Below are positions 18,642-28,600 of a DNA stretch of 64,000 nt, piece by piece. Both the position numbers and the translations under genes were made by a program. How positions within the stretch are numbered: the stretch's first letter is position 1; the number at the start of each line of letters is the position of its first letter. Under the pieces are notes generated by a model. That model saw nothing but the letters and a program-made list of their open reading frames with translations, did no database searches and had not been told where the DNA came from. Where the stretch lies: sequence record phage_1; one strand, written 5' to 3'.

Positions 18642-19034
18642 TTAGCGACCTGAACAGCCGCCGGNGCAGGCCCCGGNGCAGTTTGCGGAANAGNAGCCNC
18701 CNCAACCNNCTGAAAAGTTACCGGTACAGCTACTACTGCAACCACCAGAACAACCAGAGCAACCAGAACAGTTACCGCCACACGTCGAAGAACAGCTACC
18801 GATACAAGAAGCAGAACAGCTTCCTGAACAGCTCGAACAGCCATGCGAGCAACCGTTAGAGCANGTCCAAGAACATGTCCCGCCGCAATCTAGCTGTGCT
18901 TTCGTCCAACCCCCAAATCGGTCTGCTGCATTATGGGCTTTAGAGGCCACTTGCGCCTCGATGCGGGGGCCTGTCGCCATGTTAGCTTCGACNATCTGGA
19001 CGCGGTTTCTGACGTCTTTAATAGATATCGCCAT
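18642..19034 (-). CDS. Cys-rich CxxxC-repeat precursor-like peptide 1 (130 aa, at least 18 Cys)
   Basis: Leader ISIKDVRNRV..; core LDCGGTCSW.CSNGC..; some N bases. Confidence 0.85.
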   Translation of the reverse strand: MAISIKDVRNRVQXVEANMATGPRIEAQVASKAHNAADRFGGWTKAQLDCGGTCSWXCSNGCSHGCSSCSGSCSASCIGSCSSTCGGNCSGCSGCSGGCSSSCTGNFSXGXXGXXSANCXGACXGGCSGR

Positions 19035-19099
19035 TACGCTTCCTTAAAAAGTAGAACGAGCGGACTATGTCCATAAACATAGTCCGGCTCGTAAACAAG

Positions 19100-20302
19100 T
19101 TACTTAGTACCCGCTTCAGCTTGAACATCGTCGCGCGAGGTGAGGCTGTTGTTGACGTGAACAGCAGCCTGCACAACACCTCCATACTGTTTATGGAGGT
19201 AATTCGGGTGTGGGTTATCCGCAGCCGCATGGTTCGCCAGATTCTGGTTTGCCTGCGAAATTGCGTTGGTGTTGTTTATAACCTGAGTTTTAAGACTGTT
19301 GATTTGTCCTTGCAGGTTATCAATTTGCTGTTGGAAGTCTTTGCCCTGATTCTCAAGATCCGTGACGCGCTGATTTGTTTCATTCAGTGCAGACTGAAGA
19401 TCGTTAACCATCTTCTGTAATTGCAACACCAGAGAATTAAGGTTAGCTAATGCTAACGACATTTTCTGGTAATTTTGAGCAACCACGTTAAGCTGGTCGT
19501 TCCACGCGGCTAACGAAGCCACAATTGCATCGATGCGTTGCCCCAACGCCGTGTCTGCTNCTCTTAAGTCGCCGATATCGTTGATAGTGGCGTCAATGGC
19601 AGTCTGTACACTTTGAATCAGGGCACGAATCTCCGTCTCCGTCAGGCCATTAACCTGATGAATGTCGAGATTGTGTACGTTACCTTCGGCGTTGATGTGT
19701 GTATTTAAGGCGTCGAGGAAGTCGTTTCTCAGACCGTCCAGAATACCTTTAATTTCTTCCAGCTGTACTGCAGAGCCGGAGTTAATCGCATCTTTAATCC
19801 CCGCGAGTACGGTAATGATATACTCAAAACCGTAGATATCGCCAAGGTCTTTATACGTCGGGGCGGACGGGAACGTATCGGGTACGTTTCGAAGATCCTT
19901 GAAGTCCACCACACGGTCTTCAATTTTCAGCGACGCAATCGCTTGTCGGATGCCTTCGACGTTCGCGGACTGAAAACCACCAACGACTTGCGCAGAGACT
20001 TCGATATCAGTAGGAATGGCCGAGTTAGTTACCACCACACCCATGACCACTTCGCGGTTCTTGGTCATTTTCTGATATGCAGTATGTGCAAAAATCAGTT
20101 CGTAGTCTGTGCCGCGTTTGTACGGGTAGACACCTGGTTTATTCGCAGCTGCCAAGCGGAAGGTATCCGCGTAGAAAGCTCCGTCAGGAAAAGCAAAAGC
20201 CCGGTTAACTTTACCAGAACCTAACGTAATACGCCGTGTAACGGCGTTCGACGTTAATGTCCCGGTAAGGTCGAGCGGGTACTGATGAATGATTTCGGCC
20301 AT
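19100..20302 (-). CDS. Coiled-coil tail fibre / virion structural protein
   Basis: N-term YPLDLTG typical of phiKZ-like tail paralogs; long heptad region; HAAADNPHPNYL fibre His motif; AAGGAG SD before ATG 20302. Confidence 0.7.
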   Translation of the reverse strand: MAEIIHQYPLDLTGTLTSNAVTRRITLGSGKVNRAFAFPDGAFYADTFRLAAANKPGVYPYKRGTDYELIFAHTAYQKMTKNREVVMGVVVTNSAIPTDIEVSAQVVGGFQSANVEGIRQAIASLKIEDRVVDFKDLRNVPDTFPSAPTYKDLGDIYGFEYIITVLAGIKDAINSGSAVQLEEIKGILDGLRNDFLDALNTHINAEGNVHNLDIHQVNGLTETEIRALIQSVQTAIDATINDIGDLRXADTALGQRIDAIVASLAAWNDQLNVVAQNYQKMSLALANLNSLVLQLQKMVNDLQSALNETNQRVTDLENQGKDFQQQIDNLQGQINSLKTQVINNTNAISQANQNLANHAAADNPHPNYLHKQYGGVVQAAVHVNNSLTSRDDVQAEAGTK

Positions 20303-20349
20303 TGCCAAACTCCTTTGATTGGGGCTTCCTTGCCCCATAGCGCTATCTG

Positions 20350-23300
20350 TTAGGTACGGAACATAAGATTGACCTGGATAATATCAGGCTGTTGACGTCC
20401 TCTCTCGTTCACCCAATCGTGTGCAATCGTTAACGTAAGATCATCGCCTTCCCACGACACGATCGGTGGTGGGAATAAACCCTGAGCGCCCGTGGTAACA
20501 ACCGGGATTGCACCTGCCACATTCGTAAACGTATAGCTACGACTGTTCAGAACAACCGGTGTGCCGTGGGTCTCTCCCGGCTGTGGTAAGATTTGAATCT
20601 TACTATCCGAAAGATCGGTGGTGATTGGTAGACCCCCAGCGTCCGTGAAAAGCCAAGAGCAAATATNCTGGTTNGCTGTTTCGAGCGCTGAAGAACTCTT
20701 CACAGCCGCGAAAGTAAAGGTGCACGGCACGCCTGCTGGCAGAGAGTGCTGTTTGTGGTGCACGGTATGTGGTGACGGCAATAACACTTCTGGATTTTCG
20801 TCAATGTTAACATCCGTACCTTCCGCCTCGACGTTGTAGAAAAAGCCATCCACCGCCTCCCATGGGGCAACGTGGACATTAAAGGTCGTTTCTACTCCCG
20901 GTGTACCTGGGACGACGAATTTACTTTGCACCACCACCATCATAGTTCTTGAGGTCGGTGAGAAAGCGGGCGTTGGAATACCTACCCACTCCATTCCCAA
21001 CGATGCCGCTTCACCGTTCTCATCAGCCGTTACCGTCGCGATTGTTGTAGGATGTTTCCAAAACGCCCCCGACTTGTTTGCCTGAGTAAACGCCGGCAAA
21101 GTTTTCAAGCCTTCGAAACGTTTGGACACCATCGCTTTACCGCGACGCTGTGCGTCAGATACGGTATAAAGCAACTGACTATCCAGATAGCCTTTCGTAG
21201 CATCGATCGACAAAGGACCCATCGCTTCTTTACGCAATGGTGCCAGTCTGCCCGTTGCTGCATCCCTTCCCACTTCCACATCATGCTTATTCTCAACCGC
21301 CGCATGTTCCAACAGTTGTTTCACCGCCCCCAATCGCTTAGCATGTTCGACGTTAGTCTCGACGACTCGTGACGAGCCCGTTTTAACATACCCGATATAG
21401 AGTTCCGTTTCAGTGTCTGGATGTTGAATCACGTCCATTACGTACTTCGGTGTACCATTTTCTACCTTGGCGTGCAGGTAGAATGTCCGGTTCTGATGGT
21501 TTGTTGGAAATGCTGCGCTGAGGTCAATATACCACGTAGGCAGCTTATAAGTGCTCGAGCCGAAACGCAGGTCAACTTCCTCAGTCACATATACCAGCCA
21601 ACCTTCGGCTGTTTCCACNCCAGCAATGACGACCGATTCAGTCGGGCCACTAAAATTAGGAGCCGCGACAAAATCACTCGACGACATTGCGATACCACCA
21701 CAATAGACGTAGTCGAGAGATGAGTTGTGTAGCATCACCTGATCACGATGAGCCAGATAAGCTGGGCTGACTGGAGTGTGTGATGGTGCCATGCGTCCAA
21801 TGCCGTGTGGAGCAGAAGAACGCGTCCAGGTACCATTAGACAGCGTAAGACCAACACCGTAGTTAAGCGCACCCAAGTCGCCAATTTGGCGCAAGGTTAA
21901 CGTGTGTGGAAGATACAACCCGAACTGCGTACCATCTACTGACACCAGTGTAGGTTGTCCCGGCCGGCGTGTTTTTCCTCCCGTTATCTCACCCAACGTA
22001 GCATAGTTCAAGCCATAGTCGAGGTTGTTATAGAAGTCAAACAATGCCAATATCGCTGCCGGGAATGTTACCTGCCCGTTACTGATTGTTGGTTTCAGTG
22101 TAAAGTAGTAGATATCCAACAAGTTAACATTGTTCACAGTACGCGTACATGCTACTTGTGCTAACGTGAGCGGTGTGGCCGTACCAATGCCGATGAACCA
22201 AATGGAGAACAGTGCCTTTCCGGCGTTATTTGCGGCAAGGATAAATTCCGAAGCATAACCATTCGCAGCGCCAGCCGGTGCGCCGTCGATAATCATCTGC
22301 TTCATCTTATCCCATTCGGCTTGTGACAGCGTCAACCGATCGGCATGAATCGTGAAAGTGCCAGAAACGTTGTGGTAAGGGAATGTTTCTGGTCCTGTGC
22401 AATACCAGCCGTTTAACTCTGTACCAGGCGACGCCGGTGTAACAATGTGGCACATCTGCGACAGATTCTCGTACGTGGTAGAATCTACTACACGACGATT
22501 GTTAGTTGGTCCATACCCCGCTTTACCTGAATAAGTGGTGTTCGGATCAAACTCAACTTCAATTGCCAAACGGGTACGCGGCTGTGACAACCAGATAAGT
22601 CTGGAATTCGCTCCCAGAGTCAGCGGATACGCCATGCCCAGCTCGTAGATAGAACCACGACCTTGGTTTAACATTACCGCACTAAAACTTCTGGCAGTGA
22701 AGTTGTAGTCGCACGACAGGTACTCGTACCAACTCACACCGTCATCTAACGTTGTAATCGTGACATAAGGCATTAGGTCGCGATCGCCTGCATGTCCTTG
22801 CGAAACGATATACTTGTCTTGCGATGTTGCAAAGGTTCGGTTATTAGCTTGACCTTCGCCCCATTTCCGGCTCGGAATCCCAATCTCAGCGCCACCGTTA
22901 TAACGAACCGTGGTAAGATCGGCCACAATAGGGAATCGATCAGCACCTTCCAGCGTTATCGTCATTGAACTACAATCAACAACAAAGCTTGACACCCATT
23001 GTTTAAAGTTAATAGTTTGCCCTGTAGTAGAAGCAAACCAAACCGTTGGAGTTAAACCAACACGAAAGTTCAGCCCATCCACACCAATCGCGTGATTACA
23101 TTCCGGACCATGGACAAATTTCGTCGCACTATTCCACTTCGCCGATGCGTCTGCGTAGATTTGTGTTACTGGCGCTACCAACACATCTGTATCAGAACGN
23201 TTCTGACCCTGACGCAAGTAGATATTATCTCCCGACGTTAACATCCCACCTGTTAACACATCCGCCACAAACGTGTTGCTACCACCCAGATTAAGTTCGT

Positions 23301-25533
23301 CGAGTGCGATGCTACGCATACTCACGAAATAGTCACCGGAGGTAAGCACAGTACGGAGCAGATAAACCCGCTCGTTGCAAACGATCAAATCGTTTGTTGA
23401 TGGATCAACAACCCATGGAGCGGTTGTAACTGACACCGGCCCGTTACCATTTCGGTAATCGCCCAACTGAACTTTAACAACACGATGATGTTTTGCATGG
23501 TCAATGGTGCCGTCAAAGATGACCAGGTAGTACGCACCGTCACTGCCTAAGCAGATCATTGCATCTGTACCGGTAATCACAATAGCAACCAGATTCACCC
23601 CAGGATACGCCGACATTCCAGCGGGTCGATAACGTACGGACGTCTGCTGCATATTTTCCAGCGTATTGCTTGGCGACACATCAGCATAGGCGTAATAGAT
23701 AGCCCAGTCACCTGGTGGATTCCCGTTAGAACCATTACGGAGCGAGTAAACCTTACCAGACTCGTAACGCGCCAAACCTTTCTGCCAGGTTTGGTTTTTG
23801 GTATACCCTTCGTAGTTCCCCTGGACAGGTATAGGCAAGAAGTTATTGTTGCCGTACGATGATCCGCCGACAGTCCATGCGGGCAACAGCGTAGCAATCT
23901 TGTCATTCAGTGTGTCAATCTTTTGTTCAAGCAAGAAGCCCTGACGCGAAGTGACCATCTTATCCGAGGTAGTGTCGATTGCATCCCACAGTTTAGCCAA
24001 ACCTGTAACAGACGTGGATGCGTACGGCACGTTATCGAGATCTGCAATGGTGTGGGTGTGCGTTGTAAGCGCTTTGCCTGATAGCACGGTGCGCAACGCA
24101 TTAGTAACCGGTTTCTCCAGCGGCCCGGTATTGTTCATCTTCTCAATACCGAAATCTGCCGCGGTTAAGGTCAGATGCATCTGCCCGTTTGAATCTAATA
24201 CAAACCCTTTACCATTGACTGTATACGTGTCGTCCACATATCCGTCGAGTTTGTTCTTCAAGTCAGTAACAGCTTTTTGGGAAATCGCTGTGGANGCCGC
24301 AGCGGACGCCGAAAGGTTAGTAATCGCAAACAAACCCTGCACAGTTGTGGTTGCTGCAGGCAGCTCCGCATTCATGTAAACTTTGTTTGTTTCTTTACCA
24401 GAGCCGTAAATCTTCAACGTGTCGCTGGACTTGAAGTAGGCGTTTGCTGGAAGTATCTTCACCGAGGTCAAGTACATCTTAACCATATCCGGTGTAACGA
24501 GATACACGCTGTTATACACAGGTGCAAGCACACCTGCATCATAAGCGCCCCACTTGTCACCTGCTTTACCCGAGTGAACCCAAAGCGTGTTCAGACCAGC
24601 ACTGAACTCCGTAGCGATACCCGGTTCGTTGTTATCCCGGTCAGCTTTTAATACCAGCGGTTTTGTCGAGGTGATAATGAACTTCTCACCCTTCATGCTG
24701 ATAACGTGACCAGACGTTGTTTGGAACGTAATCGCGTCGTTATTCAGAACACGCATACGGCCCAGTAAATCGCCCAGGGTATTATCCAGAAGCATGTCAA
24801 CGTGTTTCTGTTGGATGCCACTGGTAGACATTAACGTCACTAACTCTGCCAGTGTACGTCCAAACGCTTTAGTCGCATCCACGGCCTTACCGAGCACAGG
24901 GAGTGCGCCAATGTCACCGCAGGTGTAACCATGTGCATTTTTAATCAGGTGGTGTTGATACATTTCGTCATCAAACACCTGTTTACCGTTCTGATAAATC
25001 AAATCGGTAACTTCGGCAAATGCCTCATCCAGTTCGTGGGCGCGCTCTAAAATACCCAGACGGATATCTTCCAACGCCTTTACGATTTCATCGCGAAGAA
25101 TCGCTTCTTCGAGATCTTTTGGCGGGTCGATTGGCGAGATAATCGGTGGATATTTCATCAGCTCAGACCAATCGCAGTTGCGCGGGTCTTTCATATCCGT
25201 CTTAACCAGATACTTGCCGATTTCAGAAGCAGGGATGCGGTACTGTCGACCAACCGACAACAACTCGTATTCTACCTCTGTGGCGTTCAGCAGCATTATG
25301 CTGCCGTATATTGCATCGTTCTCAGCCTCGGCTAATTCCTGGAAGTAATGTCCTAAGAAATAATCAAGACCTTCTATTAACTTGCGTTTGGTTCCGGTTA
25401 TTTTATCGGTAACGGTTAACGTTAACCCGATGCGATAGAACGGTGCTTCGACGGGAATGACCGTCGAATAACGGTTCGGGTAAGTAGCGGTACTGAGGGT
25501 ACCGTTAAACTGCGCCGCATCTTCTCTCGGCAT
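20350..25533 (-). CDS. Giant tail fibre / baseplate-attached protein (about 1727 aa)
   Basis: H..KNAHG.T motif, ATTTVQGL and ASTSVTGL fibre repeats, LTAADFGIEKMNNT..KPV motif; AGGAG SD before ATG 25533. Confidence 0.7.
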   Translation of the reverse strand: MPREDAAQFNGTLSTATYPNRYSTVIPVEAPFYRIGLTLTVTDKITGTKRKLIEGLDYFLGHYFQELAEAENDAIYGSIMLLNATEVEYELLSVGRQYRIPASEIGKYLVKTDMKDPRNCDWSELMKYPPIISPIDPPKDLEEAILRDEIVKALEDIRLGILERAHELDEAFAEVTDLIYQNGKQVFDDEMYQHHLIKNAHGYTCGDIGALPVLGKAVDATKAFGRTLAELVTLMSTSGIQQKHVDMLLDNTLGDLLGRMRVLNNDAITFQTTSGHVISMKGEKFIITSTKPLVLKADRDNNEPGIATEFSAGLNTLWVHSGKAGDKWGAYDAGVLAPVYNSVYLVTPDMVKMYLTSVKILPANAYFKSSDTLKIYGSGKETNKVYMNAELPAATTTVQGLFAITNLSASAAXSTAISQKAVTDLKNKLDGYVDDTYTVNGKGFVLDSNGQMHLTLTAADFGIEKMNNTGPLEKPVTNALRTVLSGKALTTHTHTIADLDNVPYASTSVTGLAKLWDAIDTTSDKMVTSRQGFLLEQKIDTLNDKIATLLPAWTVGGSSYGNNNFLPIPVQGNYEGYTKNQTWQKGLARYESGKVYSLRNGSNGNPPGDWAIYYAYADVSPSNTLENMQQTSVRYRPAGMSAYPGVNLVAIVITGTDAMICLGSDGAYYLVIFDGTIDHAKHHRVVKVQLGDYRNGNGPVSVTTAPWVVDPSTNDLIVCNERVYLLRTVLTSGDYFVSMRSIALDELNLGGSNTFVADVLTGGMLTSGDNIYLRQGQXRSDTDVLVAPVTQIYADASAKWNSATKFVHGPECNHAIGVDGLNFRVGLTPTVWFASTTGQTINFKQWVSSFVVDCSSMTITLEGADRFPIVADLTTVRYNGGAEIGIPSRKWGEGQANNRTFATSQDKYIVSQGHAGDRDLMPYVTITTLDDGVSWYEYLSCDYNFTARSFSAVMLNQGRGSIYELGMAYPLTLGANSRLIWLSQPRTRLAIEVEFDPNTTYSGKAGYGPTNNRRVVDSTTYENLSQMCHIVTPASPGTELNGWYCTGPETFPYHNVSGTFTIHADRLTLSQAEWDKMKQMIIDGAPAGAANGYASEFILAANNAGKALFSIWFIGIGTATPLTLAQVACTRTVNNVNLLDIYYFTLKPTISNGQVTFPAAILALFDFYNNLDYGLNYATLGEITGGKTRRPGQPTLVSVDGTQFGLYLPHTLTLRQIGDLGALNYGVGLTLSNGTWTRSSAPHGIGRMAPSHTPVSPAYLAHRDQVMLHNSSLDYVYCGGIAMSSSDFVAAPNFSGPTESVVIAXVETAEGWLVYVTEEVDLRFGSSTYKLPTWYIDLSAAFPTNHQNRTFYLHAKVENGTPKYVMDVIQHPDTETELYIGYVKTGSSRVVETNVEHAKRLGAVKQLLEHAAVENKHDVEVGRDAATGRLAPLRKEAMGPLSIDATKGYLDSQLLYTVSDAQRRGKAMVSKRFEGLKTLPAFTQANKSGAFWKHPTTIATVTADENGEAASLGMEWVGIPTPAFSPTSRTMMVVVQSKFVVPGTPGVETTFNVHVAPWEAVDGFFYNVEAEGTDVNIDENPEVLLPSPHTVHHKQHSLPAGVPCTFTFAAVKSSSALETXNQXICSWLFTDAGGLPITTDLSDSKIQILPQPGETHGTPVVLNSRSYTFTNVAGAIPVVTTGAQGLFPPPIVSWEGDDLTLTIAHDWVNERGRQQPDIIQVNLMFRT

Positions 25534-25554
25534 TGCAAACACTCCTAATCTGTA

Positions 25555-25595
25555 ATAAAACGGAGACCGCCCTCCCAATAACGGAAGGGCGGTTT
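25555..25595 (-). terminator. Internal terminator/attenuator between two giant fibre genes
   Basis: Imperfect ACCGCC..GGCGGT stem followed by T-run on minus strand. Confidence 0.5.
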
Positions 25596-25628
25596 ACCTA
25601 CGGACTACCCGCCCGTAGGCAGTCCGTC

Positions 25629-28600
25629 CTAAGAGGCCCACTCACCCGAGTTGTTGCCTTCGTTTCTACGTTCAGTATCCAACGTTTGTAAAATCCAATC
25701 CCATGTCCTGGTGGGGATGTGGAATGGATTACGCTTCTCAATGAGAATCGTCTCGCCACCCGTGCGAAGTTCCACCGGTGTCGTTTCAGTAATCACGAAC
25801 ATCGGATTACCACTACTACCCACACCGTTAATAGTGAACTTCGCTTGTAGCGGCGGCACAGAACCTTCCGGAGGCACGAACACGATGTGAATTGGCTGCA
25901 TCGGTTTCGTGCGGGCAAGAGTCCCAGATATCTGAACAGCTGTTGTCGATGCACTGAAAGGTATAACATTACCCGGAATTTTCTCACTACCCACGACGAT
26001 ATATCCAGGGTAGTTAGAGAGCATTGTCCCATTTACCGACACAAAACGCTCAGTTTGAGTTGGGCGATAAGCCCGCATAAAGCCGTACTTCCATTCACCA
26101 CCGTTAGACGTATAGTCTGCAGGAGCCGACTCAAGTAGCGGAGCACCACGTTTCTGCAGCCCTTTATAAAACGGCGCTGGGAGTTTACCGTTCGGTGCAA
26201 GTTCCGGATAACCCTCACTTGCAGCAGACATCGTGATGTATTCCGTAACCGGGTGATCAACGTTATCTCCAAATGACGCAAAAGGTACCGTTGTTACTGT
26301 CATCTCCTCGTGGCCGGAAGACTGTCTATCTGGTGTCCTTTCAATATACGACTCAAACAGTGAACGTAAATAATGGAAACGATTTATATCCACATCTGAG
26401 ATGATCGGCTGCATCAAACCGTGGTTAATAGTCACGTTGTCTCCAGTTTCAATACCGGAAACGTGGATGGCTAGCGCCCCACCTTTAAAGTAATCGATCG
26501 CATCAAACGGAATGTCGTATTCCATTTCGTAAACCTGCACCAGCGGATTGGCTATCAACTTAGAAACCATTGAGATGCGCAGTACCTGCGTATCAACAAT
26601 GTATCGATAACGTACAAGCCAACGATCTCCAAGCGGCGCAAGCTCACTATCGGTATGAACCGAAAGAAAATCTAAACACTCGGTAGATTGGCTCGTCAGG
26701 TTTTTAATTACCCTCGGATTTTCAAGCACCTTATTTGTAACACTGCCCTGCGTGGTCGAGATGATGCCTCCAGTTGCTTGGTTATAAGGAGACGTGATGA
26801 AGCCACAATTCAATTCTGGACGATTGCCACTCCATCTCAGTACCCTAGTCTTGCTTTTATCATCTGCAGACGGGGCCATGAAGTTTAATGTGATATCGCG
26901 ATCGCGAACAGTTTGCGCTTCCGACAAATCAACATCGACCACCACAGAACCTTCAAACGTCGCCATCCCTTTTTCTTTCGGGTTGCTTGGTGTAAACCAG
27001 CAGTACGGTGATGCGCTTTCTGTGGAGACAACCGCTCCAACAAACACTAGGCTTGAAATGGTGCTATCAAATTTATAATCGAATAACCCTCGGTCTAATC
27101 GAATATAGTGGTTACCAGAAACTGGACTATTAGGGTACGCATAAAGCCACTGTTTAGGCAACGGATCGACTTTGTTTAGCGGTAACATTTTTGGGTTATC
27201 CGTCAACGACCAGTCGGCATTACTCACTCCGTGTGCCAGACGTGTTTCGAAGTGCCGTTTAAGTTCGGACGCCATGCCAAAATCAAACGTCGTTTCAAAC
27301 TCGTAAGTCGTACCTGCAACCAATCCCGTCTCTGGTACATCAATATGTCCGATATAGCCGCGTTCCAAGTTAATACCTTCCGTGTCCACAATAGGTTCGG
27401 CGCGCGAATATAACGCATCGGTTATCATGTTCACATAGAGGTAATGCCTTAAACCATTCGGCGTCTTAACAAACTCCTGCAGGCGGGCAACTTTGGTGTT
27501 TTTATCCGAGGCCCCAACCGCAAAGTCACCGTCGTAAATTGTGAAACGAATTGCGGCTGCTTTAGCGCTATCGTTACACTCGGCACGGAATGCTAAGCAG
27601 TGTTGCTTCCACCCCTCCTTGACAGTCGCCTCCAGATACCCCGCTTCTGTAATACCCGCACCGATAATTTCACCGTCCAGATAAACAGAAACAGCACCAC
27701 CGCCACGAACCCAAATCCGCAGCTTACCAGAGTCGCAACGAACCCACGTTTTCGCCAAGAGGTTAACGACTGACAAATCACCCATTCCGGTTGTCGTTAA
27801 ACCAATCTGCGCACCGTAGTTCGTTTCCGGGACGGCAACCTCAAACCCACTAAAATCAATACCGGCACCGGTATTAATTACCGCGTTCTGCCACGTTCTT
27901 TCCATACGGTTATCTGGAGAGAACCACTGGAACATCGGTGTGGTTTGCAGGTCTATCGAACCAGATACCGTCCCCTCTTTACGTGCGCCATTTAACAGAT
28001 AGAAATAATTCAAATCCGTTATGGCGAGTGTGGTACGTGCTGACCCCACAGTCCAAGTCTTACCACGCACAGCGGCAAAATCGGTCACGGAATCCTCTTT
28101 CGCGTTTGCTAGCGCAGCTGCAACTACGTCTAAACGTTTTGACAAATCGTTCAGAACGTTCGGGGTAACGCCGCGATTACCCGACAAGCCGTTTAGGTTG
28201 GTAGAATATCGAGCGATACCGGGAACTGTTTGAGAAGCCGTTGGGATCTGTAAATCGGCGAAGTTGTGATGATGGCCTTTATCGCTAAGACCGGTAACTG
28301 CTTCTGCCAACGCATCAGAAAGTGGTTTATCGACGTCAGCTGTGTTATCAGCCAAGTCCAGACCCAAATCCTTTTTCGTTAGCGTTCGGCTACCAGTGTC
28401 CATCGGCTGGTTATTCAGCAGCGTTGTCTTCCTGACGTACGAAGACAGATCACCCTCGTACGGTAAGAGCGAAGCTGGGGTGGCTGCTTGTCCTTTGACT
28501 ACATCGCTCGGCTTATCAGTCAGCGTCACAACGCCGGGTTCAGAGGTCGTGGCGGGTTTGGCTGTAACCTTCCCGGTGACGGGATCGGCTTTTGACCCTT

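Noticed and set aside
18223-18844. Alternative ORFs over the Cys-rich peptides (18223..18558, 18288..18488, 18632..18844)
   Set aside because: Off-frame or antisense shadows of the low-complexity repeat; no SD; the Cys-rich frames have SDs and shared leaders
18005-19034. Peptides as simple metallothioneins, or the repeats as a CRISPR/tandem DNA array
   Set aside because: Repeats are protein-level with synonymous variation and no spacer structure. Conserved leaders and adjacent rSAMs favour precursors, though metal binding is not excluded
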